From Torpedo marmorata (Eukaryota): DNA of 64,000 nucleotides. The translations under genes and the position numbers were made by a program. The notes below the pieces were generated by a model that searched no databases, was not told where the DNA came from, and was given only the letters and a program-made list of their open reading frames with translations. The stretch lies in the NCBI GenBank assembly GCA_977017645.1, contig OZ360220.1, positions 222,332,001 to 222,396,000 of the forward strand. The letters are read 5' to 3'. Shown one piece after another: positions 37,897-50,035 of this stretch (position 1 is the stretch's first letter; the number at the start of each line of letters is the position of its first letter).

Positions 37897-37920
37897 ATGT
37901 ATCCTCAAGCCAGACATCCA
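37897..37920 (+). CDS. TLE4: Groucho/TLE corepressor coding exon 1 (MYPQARHP)
   Basis: GCGATG start, 24 nt, followed by the donor GTAAGT. It matches the TLE N-terminus. Confidence 0.92.
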
Positions 37921-38161
37921 GTAAGTTGTTTTTGTCTTGTATGCATGTATATTTATATTTCTTCTTCGTCCCGAAACATTAAGCACGCGGGTTCTAGCTT
38001 TTTCACAACATGGACTTAATTATCTCTCAATTAATATTTACCGAGTGGCAAAGTATAACGTTTGCTTTCTCATCATAGGTCATAAATGGGGATCTCGTGA
38101 GGTTGCAGGTCGATTGCTAGTTTGACTCGGTACTGATGTTCGTTTGTGTTTATCTTTGCAG

Positions 38162-38259
38162 GCGCCTCACCAACCCGCACAGCCCTTTAAATTCACCATC
38201 TCAGAATCGTGCGATCGTATCAAAGAAGAATTTCAGTTTTTGCAGGCGCAATATCACAG
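38162..38259 (+). CDS. TLE4: TLE exon 2 ([33 protein letters not shown]), Q domain
   Basis: Acceptor TTTGCAG, donor GTAC, 98 nt. [14 protein letters not shown] matches TLE4 as I recall it, rather than TLE1, TLE2 or TLE3. Confidence 0.95.
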
Positions 38260-39554
38260 GTACATTGGCCATCTATAGATACAAATCTGAAACATTAATG
38301 TGTCTTGAAGTGCAGGAGAAAGCCAAATTATTGTTTAATTTAAACCTGTTTTTTGGCTGCCTTGCCCAGTGCAAGGGGCTCGGTTATGATCCGTACTATT
38401 CACGCTTCTTGTACTGTCGGCTTTTCTTTTCTCCGACATCTCCTCCCTTTTTAGTTGTCTAGTGTGAAATGATCTCTCCATACGCCTCCAATTTGGTGGA
38501 AGATGGTGTCCGAGTACAAATCGCACTCATTGTAGTGTCCGCAATGTAGGGTAGTCGGGCTTTATCATCAGTTACAGATTCAGTGATGATGAAGGGATTC
38601 TTTTCAGATGATAATGTCTCTGAATTCAGTGTTTGGTTTCTTGTGAGATGCATTTTCTAACAGGTCTAAGAGTGGTTTTTCACCGTTGGGGTGATTCCAA
38701 ATGCATGTAATCCCCGTTATTAAAACACCCACCGCTTTAATATTTGGTTGTTATTTTCGATCATGATTTCCGCCGTTTCTCTTTGGCTCACTTTCACATT
38801 TCTGCTTATGTGAAGTGATGATGGAGCAATGTCCTCTCGATTAGGTTGTGCTCATTCGCCTAACATGCCGAGGCTTCGGTGTCAAACAATCGCATCTTTC
38901 TTTATCACAAATCCCCCAAATCTGGATTAAAGTTGCAATGGTATGTACGGATTGGGAAATTGGCATCTATAATGATTTTAAAAAAAAAATGAAGCGCTTA
39001 GTATCTCCCACACAGATTTGTGTAATGCGCATATTTCCTTTTTAGTCTTTTTTTGAGATGCTGGTTGTTTTCGCTTTTTGGACACTTGGACAATGCGATC
39101 CTATTTATTATTTGCAGATGAAATAAACTTTTAAATACAAATACGCCGGCATTACAAACTTGGGACAATTCTATACCTCTATGAATCCTATATTTTTTTC
39201 TGGGATTGCATCAAGCATTTTTAATTGTTAATTATTGGTTTCATTTTCTGTTGTAATTAATGAAGTACATTGAAATAATAATGTTGGCGTATTCGATGTG
39301 TTTGCTGTGGTATTCTACATGTTAAAATCAATCTCTGAATACATACTGTCATATTTTGGCATCTACAAAGTTGCATCATAAATCATTCCCAGAGCAGTAA
39401 AATGAACTACAGCACTAATTAAGTGCACCCTGCCTTGCTAAGACAACCCTTCTAATGAATGGGTATGATCATTTATGCAGAGAAAGTATTGCCTGCAGCG
39501 CAGTCTATAAAATACCCATGTTGTGTCTTGAACAATCCTTCTTTCCTTAAACAG

Positions 39555-39618
39555 TTTGAAATTGGAATGTGAAAAACTAGCCAGTGAAAAGACCGAAATG
39601 CAACGCCACTATGTCATG
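39555..39618 (+). CDS. TLE4: TLE exon 3 ([21 protein letters not shown])
   Basis: Acceptor AAACAG, donor GTAAGT, 64 nt, phase-compatible with exon 2. Confidence 0.96.
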
Positions 39619-39752
39619 GTAAGTTTTTAAACCATCTTGGATTCTGTTTCATCGTTGTTGTTAATGAATCATTTGATGTATCTTTATCAATTTCTGTTAT
39701 TGTTTGTGTAATAAATTATGGATTAACCAATTTGGTTTCTTTATCTTTTCAG

Positions 39753-39797
39753 TATTATGAGATGTCTTATGGTCTGAATATAGAAATGCACAAACAG
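39753..39797 (+). CDS. TLE4: TLE exon 4 (YYEMSYGLNIEMHKQ); the following intron extends past the window end
   Basis: Acceptor TTTTCAG, donor GTACGT, 45 nt, in frame. Confidence 0.96.
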
Positions 39798-41959
39798 GTA
39801 CGTTTGGTACATTTTAGTTCATATTTGTTAATTGAAAGTATACTAATGAGGCTCTTGAAACAGATTTAAGTAAGTTTTATCATAACCTTTGTGCAATGAG
39901 AATTGAAATTTCTATGCTGATAATGGCATAAATTTTAACAAGATTATTGAGTTCCTTAAAGCTGATGATGAATAGACAGATCCAACTATGTAACAGTGTC
40001 GATAAAGCAAATTTGAGTTGGTTGAGCAGTTCTTCCATGTGAGTTTATTCCATATTTTATTTTGTGAGTTAGAAACTAACTAAGATTACTTTCCACAAGT
40101 CATAATTCTAATAACTAGTATTAACAAAGTAGCATTAATTTTCTGTCCATTGAGGGTTAAATGCAAAATATTGTAGTGAAAATCATGGTATGCCAAGGTA
40201 TTAAAATTTGTTTTCTGACACCATTGCAAACATTTTACAATGTTACTTTATGTAGTAAATATTTTCTAAATCAAAACACCATGCCTCCTTACTTTTGTAA
40301 CTTTGTTCGTAGTTGATCATTTATGATTTCTGAAATGTCTAATTGATGATTGGTAATTGATGATCTTGGTGAATCTTTCAGTCTCCTGGAGAAACTATTG
40401 ACAGTGCAGTGATATATTGTAATGTCAGCATGATTGATAATTTCATTCTGAGTAATAGTACCAGGCATGTAAATCAAACAGTGTCTGTACTGTTTACTTA
40501 TTTACTTCATTAAAAGTTTTTTTGTACTACAATGAGAGATTCTAGTTGAGGGTTGCAGATTTTACCACTTGCAAAATGTACATCATAATTCCCCATCCTT
40601 TTGGGGATTATTCTTTATATCCAAGCTCATTGCAGGTATGTTTTCTGTTACTACATTATTTTAGATGCAACCAGCTGATAACAATGTGTTCTTCAAAAAA
40701 AAAATACAACCCTATCAAGTCGCACTATTTATTTGATGTATGAAGAATTTAAAAATATTAGTAGAATCCATTTTCCAGAATTGTTTTTTCTCTGATGCAA
40801 TTAGATTACATCTATTGCATGCTAATAAACAAGGAATATTTTAAGCACTTTGTAGTTGATGTACTTTTGCAGGTGGTTTAACTAATGTGATATAAGAAAA
40901 AATCTAATTGCAGTAGTTCTCTGTTCAGTTTTCCTTCAAACTGTGATTTTGAAAAATATAAACACATACACAATTGTCAGTAAAATATTGTGCAATGGAA
41001 TAAATTTAAAATGTCATATAGCATAATTTGAATTAAATATCAAAATAATATGTTGGGTGATTTTTGCAACTCAGTAATAGACATTTTTGTTATTTTTGCT
41101 CATGGGTATTACAAAAAATCCTGTGAAAATGAAGTGAACAATACTGATCAACAGAGAAATGGAATTTAATAGCTCTTCAGATTTTACTGTGAACGAGAAA
41201 AGTCACCGTTACAATTACACCCCCTCTACTGGTCCCTTGACACTACTTGGATATGGTCTAATCAGGAATAGTAGCTTTTAGTCTGAATTCGCACAGCAAA
41301 TGAGCCTTGATAGGACACAGTAATGAGGATCAAATTGGTGATTCTTGCGTACTGGTCAATAGTTCAGATTTTAAAAAAAACACCTTTCTCATTTGGTGTA
41401 ATTGAGCAGTTTACTGCTTGTGAAATCCTGTGTGAGGAAGCTAATGGGCTTCATAAAGACCACCTTCTGCTCTTTGATGTGTAATTTATGAAATAATAAC
41501 ATCAACTTTGAATAACAAAAAGGGAGGATAAGAGATTTTTTTTAATTTGGAGTGGGTTGATGAGGAATTTGCAAATTAAGAAAATGATCATTTGTGTTTT
41601 AATTGAAAAAAGTTAAATTTTCATCTTAAATTTAGATTTGAAATCAATTCTGCTCTTCTTGTACAAGAGACTAAGTTTGAATGTGTAATCGTTAGTTGTA
41701 ATTATGAATCAGTTTGAGAGACAGCCGTGAAGTACAATGATAACGATGTACTTTGCAGTATCCAGATTGACACTGATTTGTAAATGCTGTTTATCAGAAA
41801 AGTAGTCACGTCTGGATTAAAAATGTGTGGCAACAAACAACAAATATTTTAATCCTTTCAACTAACTTAAATTAAAATAATGGGTTCAGAGAAAAGATTA
41901 TTTGTGCAGGTTTGCTATGCGAGGGAGTTAACACCCTTTTTTCATTATGCAACTTTTGA

Positions 41960-42750
41960 GGGTGGTTTGAGGGAGGGAGGGAGGAGATTGAGAGCCCAGT
42001 GGCATGGTGCCAAGATAACAATCACTCTCAATGCTGGCTAGACAAAGGATCTGATTATAGATTATAGACTTCAAGAGAGTAGGGTAGAGCCCATACCCAT
42101 CCACATCAATGGCACGGAAATGGAGACAGTAGATAGCTTCAAGTTCCTGGGAGTAAACATTTCTAGTGACCGACCTGGACAAACCATCTTGACATGATGG
42201 TCAAGAAAGCACCCAACGTGTCTGCTTTCTCAGAAGACTAAGGAAGTATGGCAAGTCCTTAACAATTTCTACAGGTTCACCATCAAAAGCATACCAGCTG
42301 AGTGCATCACAGCGTGGTATGGGAGTGACTCTGCTCAAGATCCAAAGAAGCTACAGTTGGTGGAGAATTCGGGTTAGGACATCACACAAACTTCCCTCCC
42401 TTCCATGGACTCTATCGTCACCCCTGCTGCTAAGTTTAGGCAGCCAACATGCTGAAGGGCCCATTCCACCTTGGACACACACTCTTGTCCCTCCTCCCAT
42501 CAAGGTTTAAGAGTGTGAACCAACTGGCTTAATGGCAGCTTTTTTTCTTGCAGCTATCAGGCTCCTGAATGAGCCTGACAACAATGCTCTCATGTTGCAC
42601 TTGCAACATGACAGCAATTGATCTTTTCATTGTAACTCTGCTCTGTAATTGTGCTCCTGCTGCTCTACGTTGTACAGCATGTTAGAGTTGATTTGCTAGG
42701 TTGCTCGTGGAAGAACACTTCTCACTGTGCCAGGTAAAATGTGACAATAA
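41960..42750 (+). mobile_element. Decayed Rex1/Babar-type LINE 3' fragment
   Basis: HINGTEMETVDSFKFLGVNIS and FYRFTIKSI; the 3' end reads GTGACAATAA. Confidence 0.78.
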
Positions 42751-45700
42751 CTGCAAATAAATACAGTATAGATTTTTGATAAGTATGATTATTTTTCCGT
42801 AGTAGCTGAATTGAAAGGAACCATTACAGTACAATTCAGATATGCAATCACAATATTGCTTATTATGCCCACTTCCCCCAGCACAGTTTCTGCAGTGTTC
42901 TGCAAATGATCTGGCTATGTTCAGGGTAACAAAGTGTGAACTGCCTGATCTACTATTTTATTGAACCGATGATCAAGGATGATGACACTGAGTTTATTTA
43001 GTACTATCGTGTAAATAATTTGAAATAAGCAAACTCAGATACATGTGATCCAATGCTAATTAGTTCACATACTTCATTGCGTGCAATAATAGTCGTGGCT
43101 TGACAGTAAGGAATATTTAGAATTTCAAAAGGCTTAGATTGTAACTTGATTGTTAGTTTCTCTGATTCTGTTTTCATGTACCAGTAATTGAATCCTACAC
43201 AAATATAAATTAAATATTGATGTATCCTAAACTGAAGTTGATGTACATTTGTTTAATAATGGGAAGTACAAGGGCATTTCAATTCCTTAATAAACAATCA
43301 TTTTGATTACTTAAAAAATATTTGTAATACGGTAAATTAATTTTGGAAGTGCATTTTCAATTTTTTAGTTTCTCTGACTTGGTACATTCATAAAAATGCC
43401 ACATTTCAGAGAATCTATCTGTACCAAAGCACTGGAAAACTTAAAAAAACCATATATTTATGTTTGCTAAGATGAATTTTGTATACACATATCTTTTGTT
43501 TAATTCAGGCTGACAATTTTGGTTTCAATTATTTGGTCATTCAGATTTTTTACTGACATTTCCAGTAACAGGAAAAGTAAACTGATTTAATTGTATTGCT
43601 TTGTGATGCAATTATGCCAGTTCTTAAAATCAATCTAAGAATAATTCATTTATTAGATTAATATGGTTTGTGTTTTAGGGAGTGACGTCTGAGTCCTTGG
43701 GGTACATAGTAATTGGTGGCCCTGATATTTTAATTATTCAAATTATCTATCCATCTTCTAAAAGTACAACTCCACTTTGCTGCTTTTGATCAGAAATTGC
43801 AGATACCGGTAATTATTATTGTGCAGTGAATGGCAACATTGGAATTTAGATTGAATTAGACTGTTGGTCCAATAACAGTGTTTAATGACAATTATGATCA
43901 CACTAGAAAAGGGTACTTTTGATTATCATTCTTTCTACACCAATTTCAAAAGAAACATTGAAGTAAAATATTTTACAAGCTTGTTGCTTTGGAGTTAATT
44001 GTGCTATTGTTACTTGAGCTTTGCTGTTTGACTAATATTGTTTTTTTTATTAAACTTTGGTTTTAAGGATTTGCTTGAACAAGTGATATGAGAACTTAAG
44101 TGCTCTAAATATTTAAGATAATTTTTACCCATACATATAAAAATCTGGATGTAAAAATACCATTGTCTTTAAGGGTAGTAAATGTGCTGTGAATTATTCA
44201 AATAATTCCACTGATAGCATCATGATGTTTAGATAAGTTGGTCAAAGGTACATACAGTATGCAGCTTGTTGGCAGTCGAGGCTGATTAAACATAATATTG
44301 AATATGTCACCTGTTTTGAAGTATTTTAGTTGATTAAATATTTGTTAATCTTTAAAATGCATCATTCTAGATGAGATGACATGTCAGTTAAAATTGTAGA
44401 TTTTGTTGTGATCATTAAAATAATGTTCTTTATGATACGTAATTGTATTTAAAGTAAGATAATTGTTTAAAACTTTAATGATCTAGCAAAGCAAAATATT
44501 GTTTTCTCATGAAATAAAAAGAGCCTACAGCAATTTTTTAAAGGAGTTCTGAGAATATTGTTGCTTTGGTTGTGATTTTAAAAATGATATATAAATGGTA
44601 GACCAAAACTTGCACTGTTTCATACTTGAGTGTAAATCTATGCATAAACTAAGGTATTCAACTCATAATTGCTTCATGATACACCATACTGCCTCAGTAT
44701 TAATATTCGTGCAGCAGCATTTGGTCTGAAAGCTGAATAAAAGTTGTTCAAGGAATTATTTTGTTCAACCTAAAATATAAAGTTGTTTTTGCTTTCATGG
44801 ACACTTTCTGTAATTGTGAGATACAACAGGAGTTCAAGTAGGGTTTCTTACTCATGCACCTTAAAACTTAGGGGATTTTTAATCTATTAATCCATTTTAA
44901 TAATACACTTTAATGATTTTTATATTTTGATCAGATTTTGTCCTTTAATTTGTTTGTATTTTGATATGATTATATTTGACAGGCCATACAGAATAAAACG
45001 GAAAGTGAATATAATTAATCTAATATAGGGATTCGTATAACATCATAAAGAGCAAGAGTGCTGATTAAGTGCTTTGTAACAGTTACTTGAGCCACAATAT
45101 TAGATTTCTACCTTGCAATTTGTCTTTTAATGCACCCAACAATAGATTTATGTGAGAAATTTCTATCATTAGCAAATGTTACTGCTGATGCAATTGCCTG
45201 CATTGTGTATGAATAATGATTTCAAAGATTCAATAAATGTTGAGTGTTTTTTTGGTAAATGTTTCAATTATTGAAAAGGTCTATACATGCAGAGTACTGT
45301 TTTTTTTTAAAAAAAAAAATGATGCCTAAGGTAGAGACACAGAAGAGACATGAAAAATGCATGCAATCTGTTTTTTTTTCTTTTGGAGCATTTTATTGTT
45401 TCACTTGATGTTAATCAAAGCTTCCTGGGCAGAGTAAAGCTGTAGTGTAAAAATGTGCAATAATAGTGTGATTGTTGTTCAAAACAATAAAATACAAATT
45501 TAAGGGCTCGGCCCAGTGATTGAATTTCAGAATCATAACTGCAGCAGTCGATTAGAAATGATGATAAAGAGGATTAGAATCCTTTTTAGAAAAGCACAGA
45601 GACTGCAAAGAGAACAGCAAAGATTTGCATTATATCCGATACCCTCCAGTACCAAGTGGATTGTCAATACTGCTTGTTTAGCATTTTCTAAGGGCAATAG

Positions 45701-48269
45701 GATTATTGATTTCTAGCTTACAAGCAATGGCTCTATTTTCACTACAGAGAAGTATTGCAGGTTGTTAAGAAGAAATTGACTTGAAGAGATTTGACTGCTG
45801 CCCATCATGAAACAAAGAAAGCAAAACTGCTGAAGCATGGTGGAGCAGCAAGATGGGGGCCCACAGCAATTTGTTGCTATTAATTTACTATGGTTGACAG
45901 CAAATCAATTGGCATTTACTTCATCCATTCGAGAATATGCTGTCTCGAACAGATAAAAGGCCTTGTATGGCAATAGGAATAGACTATTTGCTAGACAGAG
46001 GCTGAAGCTAATGTGTATGTAAGTGAATTTAAGGCTTCTGAGCAAAAAGTGTGTAACTTTTTAATAGAATATATCCTTAAAGGAGTTTACTAAGGAATTT
46101 GTTATGCAAACAAGTGAATTCTGTTTATCTCTGATTAATTTCATAAAGTATTAGATGAACATATTTTGAAGGTGTCTATTTTAGTATTGAAATTTCAACA
46201 TGTCTTTGGAAAATTTAGATAGGTACAGAAATTCAGTTCACAACTGGTTATAACTGGTTCACAAACCAATAATAATTAGTTTTAGATTGACTTGTTAAGC
46301 ATTAAAATTATGCTCTGAGATTATCCATGCAGGTATCATTCCAAATGTGCTCTATGGTAATATTTGCTTTGTATATTAATAATAGACAAATAGTTTATTT
46401 GATCCCAAGGAAGTGAGGAAATTCCCAGTCCTAAAATTGGCCGATCAAATCGACAGGAATACCCTATTTTTAATGGTTCTTTGCACTTCTCTATTCTGTT
46501 TACTAATGGTTGTAATGAATGTTGAAGCCTTTCCTGTAGTCAAATAGGACGTCACTGATTTAAAGCACTCGGCTGTGCCTAATACTTTAATCGACTTTCA
46601 ATCCCCTATTCCTGCATGTTTCCTGATAGAACTATTACAATTTCCATTGCTATTGACATAGAATATTAAACTTGTATGCACAATAGGATTCTCTTTTGAA
46701 TTTGTTTCGGAAGATGTAATTAAGCATCATCAAAGAAGGTAGCAAAATATCAAAGAATAACACATCATTAAAGTCCATTCAGCCCATCACTTTTTAAATT
46801 AAAAAAAAAAAAATTAGACATGCAGCACAATAACAGGCCCTTTCGGCCCACGAGTCCATGCCACTCAATTACACCCATTTGACACTGTTACATTATGCTG
46901 TTTTTAAAAAAATGAACTAATTTGTACCCCTGACCAATTTAGGTTTTCTTTTTAGCGTTTGTTCAATTCCATTTCTGCAATTGCAATCACCTATTATTCT
47001 TTCAGGCACATTACAAATCATAAAACTTTCACATTATTTTTTTGTTTCTCCCCTGTTGCATCTGGTTCAGTTGCTAATTATTTTAAAAATAACATCTAAG
47101 ATATGTTATTCTTTCTGTGATTTTTCACATTTTTCCCCTATTATTTTTCAAGCACCTTTTGTAGATAGTGGATTCTTGAATTTTGTGGAGACTCCTTTCT
47201 TTTTAACCTGAGCGATTGTAACACGTGTTGGTAGGCTATTTTATCACAAGGATAAATTTTGAACAATTTTTGGGTTTCTGAAAGTGTGTTCATGTGAACT
47301 GACTACAAGGTGTTATTTATTTATACAAGTAGATTTTCTTTTTAAGTGCAAACATTAGCCTTTGGTCCCTATGGAGTGTCTTGTTTCTAAACAAACTAAA
47401 TATGTCTTATAAGAAACATGCTGATTACAAAGCTCACTTTTCTGCCATTTAATGACTTGGTTATTATTGTCATGTAGAATATTCAGAATCCTACTCCATA
47501 TAATAAGAATTTGTGGTGCAGTTCACTTTAGCCTCATTGCTTGAAATATGCAATAGTGCCTATGAAACTTTAGGTTGCAGGGCAGTTGAAGAATGGGATG
47601 TTTGACAGTTTAAGAGTGGTGATGGCAAAGATGGTTGCAGGAGATGGAATGGGTCCGACGCAGATTGTTGGATTTCTTGGTTACTCGCCATACTAAATGA
47701 AGCAATTTAAAACACCAAAGTATTTGAAGTTCATTATGGCCTGAGTTTTTGAATTGCCGATGTCTATCCAGATGAAATGTGGTAATATCAATGCAAGGTG
47801 CCATCATTAATGTGTTTTTCCCTTGTCCTTCATAATGTTGATCTTGTGTATGCGCACAGGATTTCTTTCATAAATGCTTTTCATTGTTAATGTGCACGGC
47901 GAGAAGATAGTGAAATTGTAGGAGTTGTGGGGAAGTGAGAGAGAGCCTGTCTTGTGTTCGAGCAGATATTCTGCTGTAATAGGAGAAACTGAGTCTAGCA
48001 CCTGAAGGGCAGTAATAGGAAGTTAATTCATGCATCAACTTCTCCATTATAAATGTGAAAAGAACTAAGGTGTAAATGTGTCAGGAAAGTTTTTGATTTA
48101 TTATCATGCCTTATCTTAGTTCAGTATTTTAAAAATCCAACAGTTTTCCTTGCTTTGTTTAAGTTATTTTAAATGTTTTCATTTACTTTTTTTTCCATTG
48201 GCAAGGCACTTTTTTTGTATACCCAACTGGCTCTGAACAGTTTGTTGAGTAGAGCCGACTAGATTTCTG

Positions 48270-48940
48270 GCGTCTCCTTGAAAGTGACCACACAAGTAGA
48301 TAGGCTGGTAAAGAGGGCATATGGCATGCTTGCCTTCGTTGGATGGGGCATTATGTGTAAATATAAGGAAGTCATGTTGCAGCTATATAAAACTTTAATT
48401 AGGCTACCCTTGGAGTATTGTGTGCAATTCTGGTTTTCCTTTACAGGAGGATGTAGAGGCTTTGGAAAGGGTTCTGAAGCGATTTACCAGGAGACTGCAT
48501 GGATTAGAGGGTGTGAGTTATTGGGAGAGCTTGGGTTGTTTTCTGTGGAGCACTGGAGGCTGAGGGGACAACTGATAGAAGTTTATAAAATTGTAAGTGG
48601 CAATAGAGAGAGTAGACAGTCAGAATCTTTTCCCCAGGGTAAAAATGTCCTGTACGAAAGGACTAGTGTTTAAAGTGAGAGGGAGAACGTTTAAAAGAGA
48701 TGTGAAGGACATTTATTTCTTACACAGAGTCGTTGGTGCATGGAATGGGATGCTGGGGTAAGGGTGGAAGCAGAAATGATAGTGGGCTTAAGAGACTTCT
48801 AGATATAGACATGAAAATGCAGGCAATAGAGCGATATGCATCTTGTGCAATCAGCAGGACTTTGGCTTAATTTGGCATTATATTCTGTGCAGACATTGTG
48901 GGCCGAAGGGCCTCCTCCTGTGCTGTACAATGTATTTCTA
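48270..48940 (+). mobile_element. CR1 LINE 3' fragment
   Basis: KRAYGMLAF...LQLYKTLIR..LEYCVQFW, with the 3' GGGCCGAAGGGCCT hairpin motif. Confidence 0.88.
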
Positions 48941-49671
48941 TGATGGGTATAATGAACCAGATGGGTTTTCACAAGAACTTAATCCGTTCTTAGCAACAAT
49001 TTTTTAAAAAGTAGACCAAATCTACTTTGTCCCACTGATGCTGTTCCAACATGTGGATCTCATGTTGCTGATTGTAACTGCAAGATACACATTAGTGATG
49101 TTCTAGGGATGATAGTTGGTAACATCTTTGTATATTTTCCAATATGGTTGTTCTCATACCTGTGTTTAATAGTTTCGTTTTTGTGTTATCTCACTGTAGA
49201 AGGTCTAAATATCTGTAGGTGACAGTAATGGACAATGTAAAAGGGAATCTAGAGTCTATATTTACAATATAAACTGTTTCCAGTTGTGTAAATGTTAACA
49301 TTTTGATTTATCTAAAAAAACTTCAACTTAGTCTGATTTTTTTTTTTTTCATTTGCCCATTAGTCCTTCAGTTCTGTTAATGTTTGTTTCGAGAGTTACT
49401 AAAAATTTCAAGAAATGCCAAAAATAATACTGCTAAGCTTTTATGAAACTATCAAAAGTAATTTTGAGAAATTACTTGAGAAATTGGTAAGGCTAAATAG
49501 TGGAGCAGGGAGGTGAATTTCATTTTTATATTTCTCAGATTAGAACTCTCTGTAAATTTCTCATTTAACAATAAAGTTTGCAATGAAATACCATGATCTC
49601 ATTTATCAATAGATGATGATATTTAAAATGTCTCCATATTTGACATGTTGTTGATGTTTGATACAACTGTT

Positions 49672-49817
49672 CAATGCTATAGAACAGTTCTAATGTATGG
49701 GACTTGTACTCCATTGGTTCTGTATCAAGGAAATGATGGTGGTACAATGCTATAGAACAGTTCTAATGTATGGGACTTGTACTCCATTGGTTCTGTATCA
49801 AGGAAATGATGGTGGTA
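49672..49817. repeat. Perfect 73-bp tandem duplication
   Basis: 49672-49744 is identical to 49745-49817. Confidence 0.92.
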
Positions 49818-50035
49818 ATAGAGCTATCTAACTTAAGGGATCCTGTGTATCACATTCTGCCAGTGTAACTTTTGTTTTTATAACAAGCTCTGGAATTTAG
49901 ATAGTGGACATATAGAGATTCTATTGAGAAGTAATCTGGATCTTACAAATTCAATTGTTAATGATTGGTGAAGCATATATCAGCTTTTGTCTTTGAACAT
50001 GTGTATTGTACTATAATGATCTCTCCATTGAACTT

